Source: Vicinamibacteria bacterium
Lineage (GTDB): Bacteria; Acidobacteriota; Vicinamibacteria; Marinacidobacterales; Marinacidobacteraceae
Length of the DNA: 64,000 nucleotides
NCBI GenBank assembly: GCA_963422395.1
Contig: OY729431.1
Span: forward strand, 2,144,001 to 2,208,000
Direction: 5' to 3'
Every line of letters begins with the position of its first letter. The stretch's first letter is position 1. The translations under genes and the position numbers were made by a program. Positions 48,317-58,177 of the stretch are shown in pieces. The notes under the pieces are model-generated. The model saw only the letters and a program-made list of their open reading frames with translations. It was not told the DNA's origin and ran no database searches.

Positions 48317-49695
48317 CAGTCCAGCTCCCGGGGGAGCGCCGCGGGCGGGGCACCGCCGCCCCCTCTTTCCCGATCCCGACAGACGAGCAACACCCGCTCC
48401 CCGGCCATCAGTTCCTCGTCGAGCCAGCCACGATTCAGGGCGAAGAGTACTCGTTCGGTGACCTCGCTCCGGCCGCTGCCGGCCAACCGCGCGAGAGCGC
48501 GCCGGACCGAACCCCCGCGGGGAAGGGGCCGAGCCGAAAGCCGCAGGGGTCCCGGGAGCGGAGCGTCCCGGAGCCGGTCAGCGCTATGCAGGATCTCGAG
48601 GAACAGCGCTTCGCACCCGTCGAAACTGCGGCCGTCGCAGTCGAGGCGGACTTCCACGGGCCCGCCGGCACTCCCGAGGAGGGCGATGAGGCCGGCGGGC
48701 CGGGTTTCGCGGGTTTCCCGTATTTCGGCGGCTTCGGGGACTTGCCGGACGGGCGGCGCCCCTGACGCGGTTCGATCCGCGATCGGCTCGTGGAGCCGGG
48801 CACGGATGCCGGAGAACCCGCGCACCCGGAACACCTCGGCGAGTGCGCTTTCCTGGCCGCTGCTTTCTGCCAGAGTCCGGAGACCCGAAGCCAGCTCGCG
48901 GTGGAACCGGCGCTCCCGGTCGAGATCACCGTCCATCGGGGGGTCGGGGGCTTCCGGGAGCGGAGCCGTCCGGACCGTGAGCCCGATGGGTTCTCCGGCG
49001 CGGCTCGCTACGAACTCGCCGGGACCGAGCGGTTGAAAACGGGCGCCCCCAGGCAGCGAGAGTCGGAGATCCGCAGCGGGCAGGAGCAGGCCGCGCCCGT
49101 CCGACATCCCCCGTTCGGGCGGGTGGCCGAACACCAGCCCGTCGAGGAGGTCGAGCCAGTCGGCGCGGCTCGCGGATGCCCCTTCCCCCTGCCCTCCCGC
49201 TTGCCGTTCCCCGGCGCCAGGCGGCTCTTTCGCGGGCATCGGGAGGCGCAGGGGCTGCTCTAGGAGCGCTTGGCCGCCAGCCGAGCGAAAGCCGCCGCCG
49301 GCATAGATCGCGGCCGCACTCCGGAACAGCGCTTCGAGCGCCGGTTCCCCCGAAAGCTCGGCCAGCGCGCCCCGCGAAAGGAAGAGGTGCCGATCCGCGA
49401 ACAGGAACGCTTCTGCTTCCGCGTGGTCGAGAACCACGAAACGCCAGCCATCCGCCGAGCCGGAGGACGAAACCGCCCCGGCGATCGCGCGGCGGCCGAT
49501 CGCGGCGAGCCCGGCGGAAAGCTCGTCGTCGGCAAGGGTCCGGTAGCGCGCTTCGAACCCGGGGCGTGCCCGTCCGGCGGCCGCGACGGCAGCCGCATCC
49601 GGCGGCATCGAAAGCGAACGGGGGGAGAACGCACAGCTCGAAAAGGCGAGCAGCGAGGCTGCTGCCCAAAGCGGCGCCTTCCCCACCGTCTGCAT
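48313..49695 (-). CDS. Lipoprotein with a degenerate M48 peptidase-like domain
   Basis: Lipobox 'FSSC'; 'WRFVVLD...AF....LFLSRG.LA.L' resembles the M48 N-terminal region, and 'LDGLVFG' is also present; HExxH is absent. Confidence 0.5.
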   Translation of the reverse strand: MQTVGKAPLWAAASLLAFSSCAFSPRSLSMPPDAAAVAAAGRARPGFEARYRTLADDELSAGLAAIGRRAIAGAVSSSGSADGWRFVVLDHAEAEAFLFADRHLFLSRGALAELSGEPALEALFRSAAAIYAGGGFRSAGGQALLEQPLRLPMPAKEPPGAGERQAGGQGEGASASRADWLDLLDGLVFGHPPERGMSDGRGLLLPAADLRLSLPGGARFQPLGPGEFVASRAGEPIGLTVRTAPLPEAPDPPMDGDLDRERRFHRELASGLRTLAESSGQESALAEVFRVRGFSGIRARLHEPIADRTASGAPPVRQVPEAAEIRETRETRPAGLIALLGSAGGPVEVRLDCDGRSFDGCEALFLEILHSADRLRDAPLPGPLRLSARPLPRGGSVRRALARLAGSGRSEVTERVLFALNRGWLDEELMAGERVLLVCRDRERGGGGAPPAALPRELDC

Positions 49696-49786
49696 TCCGG
49701 ATACGCGCGGACGCCGCCGGCAGGAGTCCGGCGGATCGACGCCCGTATGGGCGCCAGTCCGGGTGGTCGGCGAAAGCGCCGACAGC

Positions 49787-50044
49787 TCAGGCGTAGAAGT
49801 TCGTGTTGATGTCCCGGTATTCCGCCCACTTGTCCGGCAATTCCTCGTCCGGGAAGATGGCGGTTACCGGACAGGCCGGCTCACAGGCACCGCAGTCGAT
49901 GCAAGTGTCGGGGTCGATGTAGAGCTGGGTGGCTTCCTCGAACCCGTCCTCGTCGCTCGTCGGGTGGATGCAGTCCACCGGACACACATCCACACAGGCC
50001 GTGTCTTTCGTCCCGATACAGGGCTCAGCGATCCAGTACGACAT
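49787..50044 (-). CDS. Ferredoxin (FdxA-type dicluster)
   Basis: 'CIGTKDTACVDVCPVDCIH' and 'CIDCGACEPACPV'. Confidence 0.92.
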   Translation of the reverse strand: MSYWIAEPCIGTKDTACVDVCPVDCIHPTSDEDGFEEATQLYIDPDTCIDCGACEPACPVTAIFPDEELPDKWAEYRDINTNFYA

Positions 50045-50160
50045 CGAAGGAAGCTACCTCCTCGAACAAGTGCAGCGCGCAAAATCGGTGATGGTATGGA
50101 ATCTCCCGGCCGAGCGCGCCTGCCAGCGGCCGGATTCCATCACGATGCTCCGAAGGCGGA

Positions 50161-51645
50161 TCATCCGAGTTCGAGAAGCCTCTGCGAAATCTCGGTAACC
50201 CGATCCAGAAAACCCCAGAATAGTAGCCCAAGAAGATTCGGAACGACCAGGAGCAGCAGCAGGCCCCGATCCAGACGGCCGAACGCGAGCGCCGGAGTTT
50301 CGCCGGTTTCGGGGTCCACCACCATGGTGCGCAGCACCTTGAGGTAGTAGAAGGCCGCCACCGCGCTGTTCAGCACCCCGACGACTGCGAACCAGCCGAG
50401 CCCGGCGCGAATCACCGCCGCGAAGACATACCACTTGGCCAGGAATCCCGCGAAGGGGGGGATGCCCATGAGCGAAAACAGGAAGACCGCCATCGCGATC
50501 GTGAGCAGCGGTGAGCGCTTCCAGAAGCCGGCATAACCGCTGATCTCGAAGTTCCCGGTCGCCCGATGGGCCAGGATCACGACGAGAAAGGCTCCGAGAT
50601 TCATGAACAGGTAGATGACGAGATAGGCGGTGATCGCCTGCACTCCCTCGACGGAAAGCGCCGCGGCACCCATCAGCATGGTCCCGGCGTGGGCGATCGA
50701 AGAGTAGGCGAGCAGGCGCTTCACATTCGTCTGGAGCAGCGCCGCCACATTCCCGAGCGTCATCGTGATGACCGACAGGACGATGAGCAGCGTCTGCCAA
50801 TCCGCCCCGCCCACCGGGGAGAAGGCTCCGCCGCCCGAGGGCTCGGCCATCCCGGAGTAGAAGAAGCGGATCAGCACCGCGAATCCGGCGGCCTTGGGCC
50901 CCACCGACAGGAACGCGGTGACCGGAGTGGGGGCTCCGGTGTACACATCGGGGCACCAGAAGTGGAAGGGGGCAGCGGCGATCTTGAACCCGATTCCGGC
51001 AGCAACCAGCACGAGGACCAGCAGGAGCGCCGGGCCGCCGGCCTCTTCGGCGAGGGCGGCGCGGACGCCGTAGAGGTCGAGGGTTCCGGTGAGTCCGTAG
51101 AGGAGCGAAAGGCCGAACAGCATCGCGCCCGTCGAGACCGCCCCGAACAGGATGTACTTGAGCGACGCTTCGTTCGACAGCCGGTCCGAGCTCAGGTAGC
51201 CGACCATCAGATAGGAGGCCACGGAAACGGTTTCCAGCGACAGATAGATCATCGCCAGGTTCACCGAACCGGCCATCCAGCAGAGCGCCGCGGTGGCCGT
51301 CAGGAGCAGGGCGATCATCTCGCCCATCCGCACTCCGTCGAGTTCTTTCGAGCGGAGAGTGAACGCCAGCACCACGATGGAGGTGAGGATGAAGACCGGC
51401 CGCAGCACCGCCAGGAGACCGTCGTCGGCCACCATCGAAGCGAACAGCGCGGCCCCGCCCGGCTCGGTGAACGAGGCCAGCAGGGCGGCGGCGAGACCAG
51501 CGAAGGCCAGCCCGGTGAGCAGGCGGCGGTTCTCCCCGACCGGCCGCGCCTGCGTCAGCAGGTCGGCGACGATCACGATCGCGAGGGTCCCGACCAGAAT
51601 CAGCTCGGGGACGAACCGGGCGAGGCTCTGGACTGCGTCGAACAC
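50161..51645 (-). CDS. nuoN: NADH-quinone oxidoreductase subunit N
   Basis: 'EASLKY', 'FKIAAAPFHFWCPDVYTGAPTP', 'KRLLAYSSIAHAG'. Confidence 0.93.
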   Translation of the reverse strand: MFDAVQSLARFVPELILVGTLAIVIVADLLTQARPVGENRRLLTGLAFAGLAAALLASFTEPGGAALFASMVADDGLLAVLRPVFILTSIVVLAFTLRSKELDGVRMGEMIALLLTATAALCWMAGSVNLAMIYLSLETVSVASYLMVGYLSSDRLSNEASLKYILFGAVSTGAMLFGLSLLYGLTGTLDLYGVRAALAEEAGGPALLLVLVLVAAGIGFKIAAAPFHFWCPDVYTGAPTPVTAFLSVGPKAAGFAVLIRFFYSGMAEPSGGGAFSPVGGADWQTLLIVLSVITMTLGNVAALLQTNVKRLLAYSSIAHAGTMLMGAAALSVEGVQAITAYLVIYLFMNLGAFLVVILAHRATGNFEISGYAGFWKRSPLLTIAMAVFLFSLMGIPPFAGFLAKWYVFAAVIRAGLGWFAVVGVLNSAVAAFYYLKVLRTMVVDPETGETPALAFGRLDRGLLLLLVVPNLLGLLFWGFLDRVTEISQRLLELG

Positions 51646-51657
51646 TGGCTGGCCGGG

Positions 51658-51963
51658 TTATCCCTTGAGTTCCGCGGCGCGGTCGAGGTCCACGTGTTTC
51701 ACGGCCCGGTAGAGGGACATCACGATGGCGAGCGCGACCGCCGCCTCGCAGGCGGCCACCACGATCACGAGCAGCGCGAAGACCTGCCCGCCGAGCGCTC
51801 CCTCGACGAAACGCGAGAACGCGACCAGGTTGATGTTCGCCGAGTTGAAGAGCAACTCGATGGACATCAGGACATTCACCGCGTTCCGGCGGGTGAGCAC
51901 TCCGAACATGCCGATGGAGAACAGCGCCGCCGAGATGTACAGGTAGTGCTCGAGCGGGATCAC
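51658..51963 (-). CDS. nuoK: NADH-quinone oxidoreductase subunit K
   Basis: 'RRNAVNVLMSIELL', 'VAACEAAVALA'. Confidence 0.95.
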   Translation of the reverse strand: MIPLEHYLYISAALFSIGMFGVLTRRNAVNVLMSIELLFNSANINLVAFSRFVEGALGGQVFALLVIVVAACEAAVALAIVMSLYRAVKHVDLDRAAELKG

Positions 51964-52469
51964 GGGCGCGTCCTCCGCCGCACGAGCATCGCCGCGCCCA
52001 TGAGCGCGATCAACAGCAGAACCGAGGCGATCTCGAAGGGAAGCAGGTATTCGCCCACCAGCAGACGCCCGATGGGCTCGCTCGTCGGTCCGGGATCCCC
52101 GGTATGCAGCGCGCGCCAGTCCACGGAGTGGATGATCCAGACCAGCAGCGCGAAAACGCCCCCGGCAGCGAGCGCTCCCGGCACCACCTGGATGGCTCCG
52201 CCGTGAAGGTTCAGGTCGTAGATCCGGTTCGTCAGCATCACCCCGAAGAGGAGCAGGGTGAGGATGCCTCCCACATAGATCAGCACCTGCGCTCCCGCGA
52301 GGAAGTCGGCCCCCAGATACAGGTAGAAGACCGCGACCCCGAAGAACGCCGCCACCAGAGCGAACGCCGAGTGGACCAGGTTGGAGCCGAGGACGACATA
52401 GAGCGCGGACCCGAGCACCACCGCCGCGGTGCCGTAGAAGATGATGGCCGCAGCCCCCAGAGACTCCAT
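51960..52469 (-). CDS. nuoJ: NADH-quinone oxidoreductase subunit J
   Basis: 'QVLIYVGGI', 'LPFEIASVLLL'. Confidence 0.93.
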   Translation of the reverse strand: MESLGAAAIIFYGTAAVVLGSALYVVLGSNLVHSAFALVAAFFGVAVFYLYLGADFLAGAQVLIYVGGILTLLLFGVMLTNRIYDLNLHGGAIQVVPGALAAGGVFALLVWIIHSVDWRALHTGDPGPTSEPIGRLLVGEYLLPFEIASVLLLIALMGAAMLVRRRTRP

Positions 52470-52502
52470 CGCTCGCGCTCCCCTAGCAGTCCGTGGAAAA
52501 CC

Positions 52503-53045
52503 TCAGGCGCCCCGAGCGGCGGGAGCCGGGGCGGAGGGCACTGGGGCAGCAGGCGGAGTTCTCGGCTCTTTCGCGTACCGGTGCAGGAGATCCCCCTTGG
52601 TCTTGCCGCCGAACTCGTAGTCCGGCGTCATCAGGATGCAGTCGGTGGGACAGGGGAAAACGCAGAGCTGGCAGTAACAGCACAGCGACATGTCGATGTC
52701 GAACTGCACCACGGTCTGCTTGATGGCGGTCCCGTCCGCCGCGAAGATCGGCGGGGCACCCCGTGGGCGCTTCTCGTTCTCGATGTGGATGCAGTCCACC
52801 GGACAGGCGCGCTCGCACTGCTTGCAGCCGATGCAGTCCTCGATCTTCACATGGAGCTTCATCCTCGAACTCTCCATGAGGGACTCTTTCGGAATGTCCA
52901 GCGGAGAAAGCCAGCGCTCTCCGGGAAGCTCGTCGGCGGTGTACTGCTGGGTCACCGAACGGGTGAAGAGGTGACGGAAAGTCACAGCCATGCCGATCAG
53001 AACGGTGCTGACCGTTTCCCAGAGGTCGAGAAAATAACGCTTCAT
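52503..53045 (-). CDS. nuoI: NADH-quinone oxidoreductase subunit I
   Basis: Two 4Fe-4S motifs 'CIGCKQCERACP' and 'CCYCQLCVFPCP'; start MKRYFLD overlaps the nuoH stop. Confidence 0.9.
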   Translation of the reverse strand: MKRYFLDLWETVSTVLIGMAVTFRHLFTRSVTQQYTADELPGERWLSPLDIPKESLMESSRMKLHVKIEDCIGCKQCERACPVDCIHIENEKRPRGAPPIFAADGTAIKQTVVQFDIDMSLCCYCQLCVFPCPTDCILMTPDYEFGGKTKGDLLHRYAKEPRTPPAAPVPSAPAPAARGA

Positions 53046-54211
53046 GGGCCGGCTCCCCCTCGGAAGAGTCCCTCGATGAGGGTGGTCGCGATCAACAGGA
53101 AGAACGAGATCGGAATCACGTACTTCCAGCAGACGCTCATCAACTGATCCACCCGGAGGCGGGGCAGCGTCCAACGGAGCCACATCTGCAAGACGACCAA
53201 GCCGAACGCCTTGCCGAAGAACAGGAGCGGATTGGAGCCGAAGGGCCCGACCCAGCCGCCGAGGAAGAGCAACGCCGCCAGCATCGAAACGAGGAGCATG
53301 TTGCCGTATTCGGCGAGGAAGAAGAACGCGAACCGCATTCCGCTGTACTCGGTGTGGAAACCGGCGACCAGCTCCGATTCGGCCTCCGGGATGTCGAACG
53401 GGGTGCGGTTCGTTTCGGCCAGTCCGCAGATGAAGAACAGCACGAAGGCGATCAGGTTGAGCGGGAACAGCTGGAAGACGAGCCAGTCGCCCACTCCGAG
53501 CAGACCGCCGGACTGGGCGGCGACGATCTCCGGAAGGTGGAGGCTTCCCACCTGGGCCACGACCACCAGGACCAGGATCGCGGTCGGGATCTCGTAACTG
53601 ACCATCTGGGCGGCGGCGCGCATTCCGCCGTAGAGGGCGTACTTGTTGTTCGAGCCCCAGCCCGCCATGAGCACCGAAAGAGCCCCCAGCGAGGTGATCG
53701 CGATGAAGTACAGGACCCCGATGTTCATGTTGGACACCGCGAGCACGGCCCCATCGCCGCGAACTCCCCAAGGCACGATCGCGAAGGCCGCGAAAGCGCT
53801 CGCCACCGCGAGCATCGGGGCGGCCCGGAAGAGGAGCCGGTCGGCGTCCTTGGGAACGAGGTCTTCCTTGAAGAGCAGCTTCATCCCGTCGGCAAAGCTC
53901 TGGAGCAGCCCGTGCCAGCCGACCCGCATCGGGCCGAGGCGGTCCTGGACATGCGCCGCCACCTTGCGCTCGAGCCAGATCGTGTAGATCGGATTCAGCG
54001 CCAGGATGCCCACGAAACCGGCCGTCCCGAGAGACACCACCACGAGGTGCTGCCAGGCGTTCGGCACGAAATCCCCGATCAGCTCCGAGAGCACCGCCGC
54101 CAGGATCGGCAGCGCTGCGATGGTCCCGAGGACCGCGACCGCCATCACGATGGGGATCAGGGTCAGCGGCCCCATGAGCCGCATCTCGATCTGGCGGAAC
54201 CGCGTGATCAC
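53042..54211 (-). CDS. nuoH: NADH-quinone oxidoreductase subunit H
   Basis: 'ERKVAAHVQDRLGP', 'ADGMKLLFKED', 'AETNRTPFDIPEAESELVAGFHTEYSG'. Confidence 0.93.
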   Translation of the reverse strand: MITRFRQIEMRLMGPLTLIPIVMAVAVLGTIAALPILAAVLSELIGDFVPNAWQHLVVVSLGTAGFVGILALNPIYTIWLERKVAAHVQDRLGPMRVGWHGLLQSFADGMKLLFKEDLVPKDADRLLFRAAPMLAVASAFAAFAIVPWGVRGDGAVLAVSNMNIGVLYFIAITSLGALSVLMAGWGSNNKYALYGGMRAAAQMVSYEIPTAILVLVVVAQVGSLHLPEIVAAQSGGLLGVGDWLVFQLFPLNLIAFVLFFICGLAETNRTPFDIPEAESELVAGFHTEYSGMRFAFFFLAEYGNMLLVSMLAALLFLGGWVGPFGSNPLLFFGKAFGLVVLQMWLRWTLPRLRVDQLMSVCWKYVIPISFFLLIATTLIEGLFRGGAGP

Positions 54212-55446
54212 CGATCGATCTCTCCGAGCACGATGTCGAGGCTGCCGATGATCGCGATGATGTCCGCGATCATCTCGCCCCGGGTGATCTCGTGGAAGAG
54301 CCCCATCGCCACGAAGCAGGGCGAACGCCCCTTGACCCGGTAGGGAATCGGCTTCTTGTTCTCGGCGATGAGATAGAAGCCGAGTTCGCCGCGCGGCGCT
54401 TCGGTGCGGCAGTACACCTCGCCGGCGGGGGGGCGGATGAACCGCGGAACCTTCTCGTGGACATCGCCTTCCGCCGGGAGCCGATCCAGAGCCTGGCGGG
54501 TTATGTGCACGCTCTGATACATCTCCCGGACCCGCACGAAGTACCGATCCCAGCACGAGCCGATGGGGCCGTGCTGCCCGGTTCCGGTGATCACCTCGAA
54601 GTCGTGGTTCTCGTACCCCAGGTACGGATCGTCGCGCCGCAGGTCCCAGGAGATCCCGGAGCCGCGGAGGTTGGGGCCGGAGAGCGCGTAGTCCCGCGCC
54701 ATCTCCGGGGTGATGATCCCCACCCCGGCGGTGCGGCGGATGAAGATCTTGTTGTGGCTCAGCAGTTTGTCCACCTCGTCGAGCACCGGAACGAACTCGT
54801 CGAGGAAGCGGCGGCACTTGTCGGCCCAGCCTTCGGGCAGGTCATGCGAGACGCCGCCCACCCAGTTGTAGTTGTAGAGGAGGCGGGCGCCGCACAGCCA
54901 CTCGAAGAGATCGAGGATGCGTTCCCGCTGCTGGAAACAGAGCAGGAAGGGCGTGAAGGCGCCGATGTCCATCCCGTAGGTGCCCATCGCCAGCAGATGG
55001 CTGGCGATCCGCTGCAGCTCTGCGGTGATCACCCGAATGCCGGCGACCCGCTCGCCGACCTCGAGGTCCAGCAGTTTCTCCACCGTCATCGCGTAGGAGA
55101 GGCTGTTCGCCATCGAACCCACATAGTCCATGCGGTCGGTGAACGGGATCACCCCCTGGTAGTCGATGTTCTCGGCGTGTTTCTCGAAGTTGCGGTGGAG
55201 GTAGCCGATATGCGGCCGGGAATCCTTGACGACCTCGCCGTCGGTTTTGAGTTCGACCCGCAGCACGCCGTGCGTCGAGGGGTGCTGCGGCCCCATGTTG
55301 AGAATCATCTCGTCCTCTTCGAGATCCTCGGGGCGGAACGCGTAGGAGTTGTCGGGCGGCAGTTCCCGGTCGTAGAGGGTTACGAGCGGAGCGCCGTCGA
55401 AGTCCATGGATCCCGGAGGGCCGCTGCCGGATCCTGGGTTGTCCAT
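54208..55446 (-). CDS. nuoD: NADH-quinone oxidoreductase subunit D
   Basis: 'NMGPQHPSTHGVLR', 'GYLHR', 'EAPRGE', 'LGEIDR'. Confidence 0.95.
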   Translation of the reverse strand: MDNPGSGSGPPGSMDFDGAPLVTLYDRELPPDNSYAFRPEDLEEDEMILNMGPQHPSTHGVLRVELKTDGEVVKDSRPHIGYLHRNFEKHAENIDYQGVIPFTDRMDYVGSMANSLSYAMTVEKLLDLEVGERVAGIRVITAELQRIASHLLAMGTYGMDIGAFTPFLLCFQQRERILDLFEWLCGARLLYNYNWVGGVSHDLPEGWADKCRRFLDEFVPVLDEVDKLLSHNKIFIRRTAGVGIITPEMARDYALSGPNLRGSGISWDLRRDDPYLGYENHDFEVITGTGQHGPIGSCWDRYFVRVREMYQSVHITRQALDRLPAEGDVHEKVPRFIRPPAGEVYCRTEAPRGELGFYLIAENKKPIPYRVKGRSPCFVAMGLFHEITRGEMIADIIAIIGSLDIVLGEIDR

Positions 55447-55462
55447 GCTGCTTCCCGAACCT

Positions 55463-56026
55463 TCAGTCGAACGGGCCCACCCCGGTCATCTGGCCCGACT
55501 CGGCCCGCTCGGTCATCTGCCGGCCCGGCTTCACCGGGATCTCATGCCAGGTTTCGGGCCACTCCCAATCGCGGAGCAGCGGGTGCCCCGGCCAATCCGC
55601 AGGAAGCAGGATGCGCCGGTGGTCGCTGTGCCCGTCGAAGTGGACTCCGAAGAGATCGAATACCTCCCGCTCGTGCCAGTTCGCCGCCTTCCAAACCGTC
55701 TCGAGGGTCGGAAGGCGCCCGCCGGAACGGGCGACGCGGACTTTCAAGACGATCCAGTGTTTTTTCGAAAGCGAGAACAGGTGGTACACCACTTCGATCG
55801 CCGGAGGGTCGGCACCCGGCCAATCCACCCCGGAAACGCAGTGGAGCGTGTCGAAAGCGAGCTCCGGATCGGTCTTGAGGAATGTGGCGGCCCGCCGAAG
55901 CGCCTCCGCTGGGAGACGGACCCACGGATCCTTGGCCTCCGGATCCGCGGAGAATTCGCCTGCCGCAAGCCCGAGGCGGCTTACGAGCCGGGCGATGAGC
56001 TGTTGGGGGGCCGCCGCTTCGTTCAT
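55463..56026 (-). CDS. nuoC: NADH-quinone oxidoreductase subunit C
   Basis: 'ANWHEREVFDLFG..F.GH', 'RRIL', 'GHPL'. Confidence 0.93.
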   Translation of the reverse strand: MNEAAAPQQLIARLVSRLGLAAGEFSADPEAKDPWVRLPAEALRRAATFLKTDPELAFDTLHCVSGVDWPGADPPAIEVVYHLFSLSKKHWIVLKVRVARSGGRLPTLETVWKAANWHEREVFDLFGVHFDGHSDHRRILLPADWPGHPLLRDWEWPETWHEIPVKPGRQMTERAESGQMTGVGPFD

Positions 56027-56050
56027 CGGACGATCCTCAACCGAGAGATC

Positions 56051-56581
56051 TCATCCGGCGGATGCCGCCGGAGCCGCTGCCGGAACCCGGCCCACGCGCG
56101 GGTCTTCCAGCAGGGACTTCTCGCGGATGCGATCCTGCAGGGCCATGATGCCGTAGAGCAGCGCCTCCGGCCGCGGCGGGCAGCCCGGCACATAGACATC
56201 CACCGGGATGATCTGGTCCACGCCCTTGACCACATGGTAGCCGTACTGCCAGTACGGCCCGCCGTTGTTGGCGCAGCTGCCCATCGAGATCACATACTTC
56301 GGCTCCGGCATCTGGTCGTAGAGCGTCTTGATCCGAAGGGCCATCTTGTGGGTCACGGTGCCGGCCACGATCATGGCGTCCGCCTGCCGCGGGGTAGCCC
56401 GCGGGATCAGCCCGAGGCGATCCCAGTCGAAGCGGCTCGCTCCGGTCGCCATCATCTCGATGGCGCAGCAGGCGAGGCCGAAGGTCATCGGCCAGATCGC
56501 CGAGAGGCGCGCCCAGTTCACGATGGCGCTCACGGTGGTGAGCGCGACCTGGTTCTTGCCGATGGTTCCGATCAGATCCAC
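56051..56581 (-). CDS. nuoB: NADH-quinone oxidoreductase subunit B
   Basis: '[11 protein letters not shown]', 'PRQAD', '[10 protein letters not shown]', 'VPGCPPRPE'. Confidence 0.95.
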   Translation of the reverse strand: MDLIGTIGKNQVALTTVSAIVNWARLSAIWPMTFGLACCAIEMMATGASRFDWDRLGLIPRATPRQADAMIVAGTVTHKMALRIKTLYDQMPEPKYVISMGSCANNGGPYWQYGYHVVKGVDQIIPVDVYVPGCPPRPEALLYGIMALQDRIREKSLLEDPRVGRVPAAAPAASAG

Positions 56582-57144
56582 GCCGACCCACCTGTGCCTT
56601 TCCCGGTTGTCCCTTCCCCGTTCACCCTGTTCTCCGCGGGCGGCCTCCCGCTTCCCTTCACGCGGACGCCCCCAGCGGAGATTTCCCGGGCGACGAGGAG
56701 CCCGCGGCCGGAGAACTCGCCGGCCAGGGAACTCACGGTCGGGAGAGCAGCCGCCGGGCGAGCCTTGAGAGCGCGCCGATCCTCCTCGCGCACCCACTCG
56801 AGATCGCCCTTCACCCAGACATCGGCCAGCCCCAGCACCAGCATCCCGATGAAGACGAGCCCCGCGATCAGGGCGCCGGCCCCGAGGTCGAGATAGGCGA
56901 GCGCCCACGGCAACAGCATCACCGCTTCCACATCGAAGATGAGGAACACCAGTGCGAACACATAGAAGCGGATGTTGAACTGCACACCCCACGGCGTTCC
57001 CACCGGATTCTCGCCGCATTCGTACGGTTGCGCCTTGCTCGGGAGCGGGCGCGAAGGCCGGACCAGGGACGAGACGACGAGCGTGACCCCCACGAAGAGG
57101 ACGCCGGCGAGGATGGCGACCAGCGGTCCGAGATATTCGCCCAT
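56572..57144 (-). CDS. nuoA: NADH-quinone oxidoreductase subunit A
   Basis: 'PYECG', '[14 protein letters not shown]', 'KGDLEW', plus a C-terminal extension of about 65 aa. Confidence 0.9.
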   Translation of the reverse strand: MGEYLGPLVAILAGVLFVGVTLVVSSLVRPSRPLPSKAQPYECGENPVGTPWGVQFNIRFYVFALVFLIFDVEAVMLLPWALAYLDLGAGALIAGLVFIGMLVLGLADVWVKGDLEWVREEDRRALKARPAAALPTVSSLAGEFSGRGLLVAREISAGGVRVKGSGRPPAENRVNGEGTTGKGTGGSAWI

Positions 57145-57389
57145 GAAAATTCGAAAAGAGAAGCAAGCCCCTCCGGGGACGCATGGAATTCTACTCGTCC
57201 GGCCGTAGCGAGGTAAAGGTTCGGTACCGGTCCAACCGCGGCTGCCGGCGAATCGAAGGAAGACGGGTTACTCTCGGGGACGGATCGAAACGGTCCCCGG
57301 TGCAGGTGCGCTTCTCAGAGAGTTCGAAGGTCGGAGATCCGGGAGATCCCGGCTGGGGGAACCGACCGGGGCCGGGGCGCAGCGCCTCG

Positions 57390-58100
57390 TTGTCGGTCGT
57401 GATCCCCGCGCTCGACGCCGCTCGGGAAGTGGGCGCGGCGGTCCGCTCGGCGCCTGCTGGAGCCGAGGTGATCGTCGTGGATGGAGGGAGCCTCGATCGA
57501 ACCGTGGACGAGGCGAAACAGGCGGGCGCCGAAGTTCTCTGCGCGCCGGCCGGGCGCGCTTCGCAGCTGAACCGGGGGGCGGGCACCGCTTCCGGGGACA
57601 CGCTGCTCTTCCTGCACGCGGACTGTCGGCTGCCGGGCGACGCCCGGGAACAGATCGGGCGCATCCTGGCGGTCCCGGAAACCGTCGGCGGCTGGTTCCC
57701 GCAGCGGGTCGCCGGCGGGGGCGCCCTCCTGCGTTACGGCGCTGCCGGCGCCAATCGGCGGGCGCGCTGGCTGCGCCTCCCCTACGGCGACCAGGCGATC
57801 TTCACAACGCGCGACGCCTTCGAGCGGGCCGGAGGCTTTCCGCCGGATCCGATCATGGAGGACGCCGGCTTCGCCCGCCGGCTCCGCCGCCTCGGGCGGC
57901 TTTCGCCCGCCGCTTCCTTCGTGACCACCGGCGCCGAACACTGGGAGCGGCTCGGCCCGGTCCTGACGGCGGCTCTCGACTATCTGACCCTCACCGCCTG
58001 GTTACTCGAAGCGCCGCCCGCGCGCATCGCACGGGTTTACCACCGCCTCCAGCGCGGTCCCCGCCTCCCTTCCACCCCAAGCGCCATGCGCGGCCGCTGA
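57390..58100 (+). CDS. GT2 glycosyltransferase (TIGR04283-like; start uncertain)
   Basis: 'SVVIPAL', 'VVDGGS.D', 'GRASQLNRGA', 'LFLHAD', 'PYGDQAIF', 'IMED'. Confidence 0.8.
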   Translation: MSVVIPALDAAREVGAAVRSAPAGAEVIVVDGGSLDRTVDEAKQAGAEVLCAPAGRASQLNRGAGTASGDTLLFLHADCRLPGDAREQIGRILAVPETVGGWFPQRVAGGGALLRYGAAGANRRARWLRLPYGDQAIFTTRDAFERAGGFPPDPIMEDAGFARRLRRLGRLSPAASFVTTGAEHWERLGPVLTAALDYLTLTAWLLEAPPARIARVYHRLQRGPRLPSTPSAMRGR

Positions 58101-58177
58101 GTCGAAGCGACGGCCAACGCCGGCGGATATGGAAGGAACCGGGAAGCTCCCGGCGTTTCGGCCCGGCCCGTCCGGAG

